From positions 1 through 24,000 of the forward strand of contig CAVWYF010000027.1 in assembly GCA_963759095.1 (NCBI GenBank): a DNA stretch of 24,000 nucleotides, in the 5' to 3' direction. The DNA is from an uncultured Alphaproteobacteria bacterium. GTDB lineage: Bacteria; Pseudomonadota; Alphaproteobacteria; Rhizobiales; Aestuariivirgaceae. Positions 16,348 through 24,000 of the stretch are shown piece by piece; the stretch's first letter is position 1; the number at the start of each line of letters is the position of its first letter. Below the pieces are notes generated by a model. That model saw nothing but the letters and a program-made list of their open reading frames with translations, searched no databases and had not been told where the DNA came from. A program made the position numbers and the translations under genes.

Positions 16348-16524
16348 GGTGCGGATTCTAGCAGATCGAACCGGGTTATGAGAGCGCCACATTTGGACAT
16401 GGCATTCAATGAACTCTCCAAAAGTGACAGAAAATGGTTTTGGATTGCTTTCCAGGTGTCTATTGTGGCCGTCATCCAGGGTCCTGACCCTAACTCAATC
16501 CCACACTGATTTTGCGAGTTTTTC

Positions 16525-18483
<1,959 letters not shown>

Positions 18484-18575
18484 GATCAGGACCCATTAAG
18501 TCGAGCTGAGTTTCAAGGTCGGCTTGGTGGACTTTGCGATCGTTCATTAACGGTTAGTCATCGGCGAAACCAGTT

Positions 18576-19223
18576 TCACGGATGCCCAACCAGCTTCATG
18601 GTACTCACATCTCCATCTACTACGAATGCTTCGCCATCTCGGAGTGTGCGATAGGCGATTTCGTTGTTCTCATAAAACTCGACTTCTTTCTCAGCGTCAG
18701 CAGATTCCGAGTGATCAGATTTGTAGTGGACGACTACTGCGTGAGGTAGAATGTCTAGTCCTTCCCATATCGTATCTTCCACATAGCCTTCAGGAACATC
18801 CGCAGGATCATCCACCATTTCAAGACCATGCAGGCTGGGGGCAAGAATGACTACCCCTGCGCTAAATCCGGCATAAACGATTTGATCTGCGGCAAGTAAA
18901 TCCTTGATAAGATAGTCGAAACCGCTTGTTCGCATCGCACGGCGTAGAACGAAAGTGTTCCCGCCGTTCACCCAGACCATATCCAGTTCCATCATTTTTT
19001 GATGTAGCGCTTCTGGTGCGTTGAAGTACTTCCGCAAATCAACTTCCTCAACGGTCATGGCTAGGTCAGCGAAAGTTGACAGTTGTTCAGCAAGCCATTT
19101 CTCTCGAGATTTCTCGAAATTATCGAGAGCATTCATAATAACGCCCACATGCGCGTCCGGCGACAGTTTTACAAGCTCAGCATGTGCGTTTCCAACACGG
19201 AATGATGACAGATATAGCCTCAT
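18576..19223 (-). CDS. Peptidase S51 (dipeptidase E-like) / type-1 glutamine amidotransferase-like protein
   Basis: MRLYLSSF..., VWVNGGNTFVLRRAM and the nucleophile elbow VYAGFSAGVVILAP are S51 hallmarks. Start was set to ATG 19223; the ORF-track TTG at 19250 is also possible. Confidence 0.75.
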   Translation of the reverse strand: MRLYLSSFRVGNAHAELVKLSPDAHVGVIMNALDNFEKSREKWLAEQLSTFADLAMTVEEVDLRKYFNAPEALHQKMMELDMVWVNGGNTFVLRRAMRTSGFDYLIKDLLAADQIVYAGFSAGVVILAPSLHGLEMVDDPADVPEGYVEDTIWEGLDILPHAVVVHYKSDHSESADAEKEVEFYENNEIAYRTLRDGEAFVVDGDVSTMKLVGHP

Positions 19224-19432
19224 ATCAGGACGGTATCGTAAGCGTTGCAAACATAAAAGCGTTGTCAGGTTGTAATAGTTTTTCTAGCCGAATGTGTCCG
19301 CTTTGGACTCAGAGCAGTCGTTTCGCTCAACCTAAATCAATAAGTTTTGACGCCAGACGTTTCCAACTTTGATATAATCCTCAAGTCATTTTTGAGGCCG
19401 CTGGCAAGTCACGGTTCCCACTATGGCCCGGT

Positions 19433-19810
19433 TCAGCTTGCCAGTACGCGGGTCGTGGGGAAGGTGATGTCGATGCGGGTGCCTTTGCGGGCTTCGCTGG
19501 AAAAGGCGAAGGATGCCCGGTTTGCTTCGACCAGCGCCTTGGTGAACGGAAGTCCGAGACCGGTTCCCTGAACATCCGGCCGTCCGGCCAACTCGACCCG
19601 GCGAAACGGTTCCAGCGCTGTGCTCAACTGTTCTTCATTCATGCCGACGCCGGTGTCTGTGACAGACAGCAGAAGCTCTCCGGTATCAATTGCCTTGGCA
19701 GTTATGATCACCTGCCCGCCGGGATCGGTAAACTTGATGGCGTTCGAGGTCAGGTTCAGCAACACCTGCTTGGTCGACCGCATGTCAGCGACCAGTTGGG
19801 GTAGGTGCGG
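19433..19810 (-). pseudogene. Histidine kinase remnant: HATPase_c domain only, no DHp/HisKA or sensor region
   Basis: The N box is QVLLNLTSNAIKFT, G1 is DTGVGM and G2 is GTGLGLPF. The open frame begins directly after the TAG that ends the GntR-type gene at 19811-19813, so everything upstream of the ATP-binding domain is missing. Confidence 0.7.
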
Positions 19811-20530
19811 CTATTGGCTAAGAATTTTTTTCAAGTCGGGCAGATCGGGTTTGGTTGCTGTCAAATCCAGCCCGTCCTGAATGTGCATCAGGTGTTGGCA
19901 GACAATATTTTCCGCCAGTGCCGCATCTCCTGCCTCAATGGCTCCAAGTATCTTTGCATGTTCGCCGTCCGGACATGTCGATTTTCCGGAATCGCCAAAA
20001 AGACCAACAATCAGAGATGTTCGAGTTACCAGTTCACCGATCATTCTGGTTAGAACTGCGTTTCCGCTGACGGACGCCAGCTTGACGTGAAACTCACCGG
20101 ACAGGCGGATGATCTCGGCCCGTTCGGGGTTGCTGCGCGCTGTATCTTCCATCGTTATGTGTTTTCTCAGATCAGCAAGATCACTTTTGCTGATGACTGA
20201 GGTAACTACGCTGATCAGGCCGGGTTCTATCAGTTTGCGAGCCTCGAAAACGTCGTTCGCCTCCTTCGCATCTGGACAGGCGACGAATGCACCACGGTTG
20301 GCTTGAAGATCGATAATGCCCTGGCTGGCCAGCAACAGAAGTGCGCGGCGCACACGCATGCGTCCAACGCCGAAGCTCTCACACAATTGCAATTCGCTCA
20401 GCTTGGTTTTTGGGGCCAGGCGTTGCTCCATCACTGCCGCGTAGATGCGATCGACAATGATCTGTTCGTCAGGATCTGACGCAAACCGATGTATCAAGGC
20501 ATATCCTCTGAGTCCAAAATCCTGGGCCAA
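19811..20530 (-). CDS. GntR-family transcriptional regulator, FadR/FCD subfamily
   Basis: The winged-HTH block is LAPKTKLSELQLCESFGVGRMRVRRALLLLASQGIIDLQANRGAFV. It is followed by an all-helical C-terminal domain with His residues (FHVKL..., EHAKILGAIEAGD), typical of FCD. The start codon is uncertain (TTG at 20530). Confidence 0.8.
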   Translation of the reverse strand: MAQDFGLRGYALIHRFASDPDEQIIVDRIYAAVMEQRLAPKTKLSELQLCESFGVGRMRVRRALLLLASQGIIDLQANRGAFVACPDAKEANDVFEARKLIEPGLISVVTSVISKSDLADLRKHITMEDTARSNPERAEIIRLSGEFHVKLASVSGNAVLTRMIGELVTRTSLIVGLFGDSGKSTCPDGEHAKILGAIEAGDAALAENIVCQHLMHIQDGLDLTATKPDLPDLKKILSQ

Positions 20531-20585
20531 CTAACTGTTTCTGCAAGGAATCGCTCAACCAGTTTCGCCACCATAGCTCATGAGT

Positions 20586-20653
20586 ATTGTTAACGGAAAC
20601 AAGAATGTTGCTGACGTTGGATTCGAAAATTGTTGACGATCATTGTTAACAAT
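20586..20653. promoter_or_regulatory. Three ATTGTT(A/G)AC repeats, one forming a perfect 12-bp palindrome: candidate GntR-type operators
   Basis: ATTGTTAAC is at 20586-20594 and ATTGTTGAC at 20629-20637. ATTGTTAACAAT (a perfect palindrome) is at 20642-20653. All lie in the divergent region between the GntR-type gene and the ABC operon. GT..AC palindromes are the known GntR-family operator style. Confidence 0.45.
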
Positions 20654-20751
20654 CGTTTTATTAGGGAGATACGAAACTTGGGAATTCCCGATCTTCGGTC
20701 GATTCTGGCGTGTGATCCGCCGGACAAGTAGAAACACTATGGGAGGTGAAC

Positions 20752-21936
20752 ATGAAACGCAGAGAACTGTTCAAGACAACACTGGCGGCCGCAGCACTGA
20801 CAGCTCTGTCATCGGTTGCAATGGCTGATAACCCGGTTCTGAAAATCGGATTTGTCGGCGTTACCAGCGGGCCGGCGGCGGCCTGGGGCATATCCAACCA
20901 ACGCTCGATGGAAACCCGTGCGGCCTGGATCAACGAGACCGGTGGCTATACCATCGGTGGGACCACCTATGACATCGAGATTGTCTCGTTCGACGATCAA
21001 AAAGACCCCAAGCGGGCAATTGCTGGTATGGAGAAAATGGCCCAGGCCGGAATTCATTATGTGGTCGGGCCGAATGTGGATGACGGGGCCGCCGCCGTGC
21101 GCCCGGTCGCGGAAAAGAACGGGATCATGTATTTCCCCTATGCCTTCCCCAAGTCGCTCTACACGGCGCCCGCGTCCAATGCCATTCTGGGCATGATCGC
21201 CAACTACCAGTCCGGCCCGGCGATCTACAAACACCTGATGGAAAACAATGACGTAAAGACCGTGGCCTTTGTCGCTGCCAACGAATCCGACCCGCTGAGC
21301 CAGCGTGACGGCGGTGTTGCGGCCGCCAAGGCCCTGGGGCTGGAAGTTGTGTCGGACAGCGTGACCTATCAGGTGGATACCACCGACTTCACCCCGGTGC
21401 TGACCCCGGTCATGCGCACCCAACCTGATCTGCTTGTCCTGTCCGGTGTGGCTCCGGCCAACGCACCGCAACTGATCCGCTCGGCGCGCGAGCTTGGGTT
21501 TACCGGTCTGATTTCCACTGAAACTGCCCAGGACGCCGGTGTTCTGGCCGAAGGTGCGGGCGATCTGGCCAACGGGTTCATTTCGGTCGGTGGCGCATCC
21601 ACACCCGAACTGGCCTCGGACATGATGGTGGAATTTGTCGCCCGCTACACCAAGATGTTCGGCGAATACAACGATGAATCCAACACCAAGGTGTACGCGC
21701 TTGAGTACATTCTTGAAACGATGAAGGCCAACCCGGCGGCGATGAAGGACGTTGAAGCGTTCAAGACGACAATGGACACGTTCGAAGCGCCGAACCCCTA
21801 CATGAAGGGCGATGCCAAGTTGACATATGTTGGTTCCACCTCATTCGGGCAAAAGCGTCAGGTTTCTGTACCGCTGGTGGTGAACGTTTATCAGAACGGC
21901 AAATTCGAAACCATGTTCGTGGCACAGGTCGACTGA
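20752..21936 (+). CDS. ABC transporter substrate-binding protein, LivK/branched-chain-amino-acid type (Peripla_BP_6-like)
   Basis: The signal peptide MKRRELFKTTLAAAALTALSSVAMA has a twin-arginine-like RRxLFK. LKIGFVGVTSGPAAAWG... is typical of type I amide/amino-acid binding proteins. I prefer ATG 20752, with GGGAGG at 20741-20746. Confidence 0.85.
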   Translation: MKRRELFKTTLAAAALTALSSVAMADNPVLKIGFVGVTSGPAAAWGISNQRSMETRAAWINETGGYTIGGTTYDIEIVSFDDQKDPKRAIAGMEKMAQAGIHYVVGPNVDDGAAAVRPVAEKNGIMYFPYAFPKSLYTAPASNAILGMIANYQSGPAIYKHLMENNDVKTVAFVAANESDPLSQRDGGVAAAKALGLEVVSDSVTYQVDTTDFTPVLTPVMRTQPDLLVLSGVAPANAPQLIRSARELGFTGLISTETAQDAGVLAEGAGDLANGFISVGGASTPELASDMMVEFVARYTKMFGEYNDESNTKVYALEYILETMKANPAAMKDVEAFKTTMDTFEAPNPYMKGDAKLTYVGSTSFGQKRQVSVPLVVNVYQNGKFETMFVAQVD

Positions 21937-21966
21937 TCCCGACTTCTCTGACTGCAACAAGGACAC

Positions 21967-21988
21967 CCCCGGGCTAACCGGCCCGGGG
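21967..21988 (+). other. GC-rich intercistronic stem-loop between the binding-protein and permease genes
   Basis: CCCCGGGC (21967-21974) pairs with GCCCGGGG (21981-21988) around a 6-nt loop. No T-run follows, so it is more likely an mRNA-stabilising or attenuating hairpin than a full terminator. Confidence 0.45.
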
Positions 21989-22009
21989 TTCACGGAAAAA
22001 GGCTGTCCA

Positions 22010-22879
22010 ATGGAACAGATATTGGCCAATGGCGTCTATCTGGGTGCCCAGTATGCGATGATCGCACTTGGGCTGACTCTGATATTTGCTCTGATGAACG
22101 TGCTCAATTTTGCCCACGGGCAAATGTATGTGATCGGCGGATTCATCACTTACACGTTTTACGGACAGCTTGGGATTCCGTTTGTCCTGGCGCTGCTGGC
22201 ATCCTGCGTGACATTGGCAATCCTGGGTGCGCTGATAGAAAAATTCCTGTTTGGGCCGGTGATCAAAGGGTCCGCGCGCGAAGAAAGCACCATGCTCCTC
22301 GCAGCCGGCATCGCCTTCCTGCTGGATGCTGTCATCTTGCTGGTATTTGGCGAAAAACAGCGTGGCGTTCCGAAAATTGTCGATGGCGTATTCAACTGGG
22401 ATTGGCGCATCATCATGCCGTATGACCGGATACTGGTGGCCGTATTGGCGATCCTGTCGGTCGTGGCGTTCATTTCTTTCATGCAGTACAGCAAGACCGG
22501 GCGCGCCTTGCGGGCACTCGCACAGGACCGCGTGGCGGCCGAGTTGATGGGTGTCAATGTAGACCGCTATTCCATGATCGGTTTCGCCATGGGGGCCATG
22601 TTGGCGGGGCTGGTCGGTGGGCTGCTGGTGACAATTACCGGTGTTAATCTGGGCATGGGCGGCCCGACTTCGATCAAAGCGTTTATGATGGTGATGATCG
22701 GAGGTGCGGGCGTGATATCCGGTGCCATCGCCGGGGGCGTCATCCTTGGTTTCATGGAGGCCACCGGACTTGTTCTGCTGGCGTCGTATGGAGACGTCAC
22801 CTATCTGGTGATCTTCGTTTCGCTGATGATCTTCCTTGCAATCCGGCCGAATGGCCTGATGGGCAAACCGTGGGGTTAG
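22010..22879 (+). CDS. Branched-chain amino acid ABC transporter permease (LivH-type)
   Basis: The 289-aa polytopic protein starts MEQILANGVYLGAQYAMIALGLTLIFALMNVLNFAHGQMY. It also contains ALAQDRVAAELMGVNVDR and ends IRPNGLMGK, all typical of LivH. Confidence 0.9.
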   Translation: MEQILANGVYLGAQYAMIALGLTLIFALMNVLNFAHGQMYVIGGFITYTFYGQLGIPFVLALLASCVTLAILGALIEKFLFGPVIKGSAREESTMLLAAGIAFLLDAVILLVFGEKQRGVPKIVDGVFNWDWRIIMPYDRILVAVLAILSVVAFISFMQYSKTGRALRALAQDRVAAELMGVNVDRYSMIGFAMGAMLAGLVGGLLVTITGVNLGMGGPTSIKAFMMVMIGGAGVISGAIAGGVILGFMEATGLVLLASYGDVTYLVIFVSLMIFLAIRPNGLMGKPWG

Positions 22880-22883
22880 CGAC

Positions 22884-23870
22884 ATGAACAGCTTCAGCTC
22901 CAGACAAATCATCAGTGTCGTCATATTCCTTTTGGCAATATTCGTGGCGGTGCCGGTTCTGATCTCGGTCACCGGTCGATGGGATTTCTATTTCACCCTG
23001 ACATCGGTTGCCTTGCTGGCCATCGCCAGCGGTGGCGTATGGCTGACATTCTACATCGGCCGCATCCATATCGGACAGGGCGCATTCGCGCTTATAGGTG
23101 CCTATGTCTCGGCTATTCTTGTAACCAAGGCGGGGGTTTCGTTCTGGATTTCCCTGCCTATTGCGGGCCTGATTGCAGCCGGTATCGGCGTCCTGATCGG
23201 CTTGCCTATCCTGCGATTGCGAGGCGTCTATTTTGCCATGATCACGCTGGTGTTGACCCAGGTCGCCACGTTAAGCGCTCTTGCTTTGCCCATTACCAAT
23301 GGCGCACGCGGCATCACCTCGATACCGCTGCCAGGGGCCGTTTCGATCTTTGGGCTTACGCTCATCCCCGATTTTGGCGCATTGGAAAACGCAAAACTGG
23401 CCTTCTATTACACCGCCTGCATCCTGATGGTGATCGTTTTCGCCGCCATGTACAGGCTGGTGAACACGCGGCTGGGGCATCTGTGCCGCTCAATGCAGCA
23501 GAACGAGGAACTGGCCTCGTCCATTGGCGTGAACATCGCCTATATCCGCATCATCATCTTCGCCATCGCGTCGTTCTTTGGTGGTATCGGTGGGGCGATG
23601 TTCGGCTCCATCGCGCAATCGGTTTACCCGTCCACTTTCGTGGTCACAGATTCAATTAACTTCATGCTCAACACCTTCCTTGGCGGCCTGGGTTATGTGT
23701 TTGGCCCGATGCTGGGCACGCTGGTTCTGTATTTTGGCTGGGACCTGCTGTTCACGTTCGGCAAGTATCAGTTGCTGATCTACTCCACTGCCATGATCCT
23801 GCTAATCCGGTTTCTACCAAACGGTCTGCTGAGCATCAGATTCAAAATGCCGATGGGGGGTGAGAAATGA
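22884..23870 (+). CDS. Branched-chain amino acid ABC transporter permease (LivM-type)
   Basis: The 328-aa polytopic protein contains GQGAFALIGAYVSA, LPILRLRGVYFAMITL, NGARGI, and the NEELASSIGVN motif typical of LivM. Confidence 0.9.
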   Translation: MNSFSSRQIISVVIFLLAIFVAVPVLISVTGRWDFYFTLTSVALLAIASGGVWLTFYIGRIHIGQGAFALIGAYVSAILVTKAGVSFWISLPIAGLIAAGIGVLIGLPILRLRGVYFAMITLVLTQVATLSALALPITNGARGITSIPLPGAVSIFGLTLIPDFGALENAKLAFYYTACILMVIVFAAMYRLVNTRLGHLCRSMQQNEELASSIGVNIAYIRIIIFAIASFFGGIGGAMFGSIAQSVYPSTFVVTDSINFMLNTFLGGLGYVFGPMLGTLVLYFGWDLLFTFGKYQLLIYSTAMILLIRFLPNGLLSIRFKMPMGGEK

Positions 23871-24000
23871 ACCCCATTCTGGAAGTTAAGAACGTCTCCA
23901 AGAAGTTCGGCGGCCTTACTGCCAACAATAACATTAGTTTCAACGTGGCCGAGCATGAAATCCTGTCTGTGATCGGTCCCAACGGCGCGGGCAAATCCAC
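23867..24000 (+). CDS. ABC transporter ATP-binding protein (LivG-type), 5' fragment cut by the window end
   Basis: The ATG overlaps the livM-type stop (ATGA at 23867-23870). Hand translation gives MNPILEVKNVSKKFGGLTANNNISFNVAEHEILSVIGPNGAGKS, which includes a Walker A motif. Confidence 0.85.
   Translation, partial: MNPILEVKNVSKKFGGLTANNNISFNVAEHEILSVIGPNGAGKS

Noticed and set aside
21974-22972. 332-aa minus-strand ORF covering the livH-type gene
   Set aside because: It is antisense to a strongly supported permease. Its translation is His/Gln/Arg/Asp-rich with no recognisable motif. This is the typical shadow ORF of a GC-rich gene.

Overview
The window reads as an alphaproteobacterial chromosome segment, judged from gene order and protein motifs only (no database search was possible). 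A conserved minus-strand housekeeping block, murA / DUF2948 / hisD / UPF0262 / LMW phosphatase / maf / yacG (2.8-8.2 kb), is bracketed by tRNA-Phe(GAA) at 2571-2646 and tRNA-Thr(GGU) at 8644-8718. Each tRNA has uncharacterised cargo on its 3' side.

The most interesting locus is a 1.8 kb, AT-richer, two-gene cassette (about 780-2570) between the tRNA-Phe 3' end and a 5'-truncated outer-membrane protein gene. It holds a 316-aa unknown protein with a possible PD-(D/E)xK-like core. Divergent from it, with start codons 32 nt apart, is a 274-aa HExxH protein carrying an ImmA/IrrE (M78)-like HELRH...EEFSCDDFATSYLL signature and no HTH partner. I propose it as a candidate uncharacterised defence, abortive-infection or TA-like module. 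It may be decaying, because one gene reads out of frame into the OMP remnant.

The second accessory block (8.7-11.8 kb, after tRNA-Thr) holds a P-loop kinase-like protein and two unknown proteins (241 and 279 aa) whose 3' ends overlap convergently. It also holds a small XRE-type HTH translationally coupled to the 279-aa gene.

Other content:
- A 262-264 bp MITE-like element with 31-32 bp perfect terminal inverted repeats, abutting the UPF0262 stop codon.
- Frameshifted trkH, asmA-family and OMP genes, with most frame breaks at short G/C runs, so sequence error is a real possibility.
- Thermonuclease-like gene, moaE and acetoacetyl-CoA synthetase.
- An AT-richer S51 peptidase-like gene next to a histidine-kinase remnant.
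- A GntR(FCD)-type regulator divergent from a LivK/H/M/G-type ABC transporter operon, with ATTGTTRAC operator-like repeats between them.

No rRNA, CRISPR array, integrase or transposase gene was seen.
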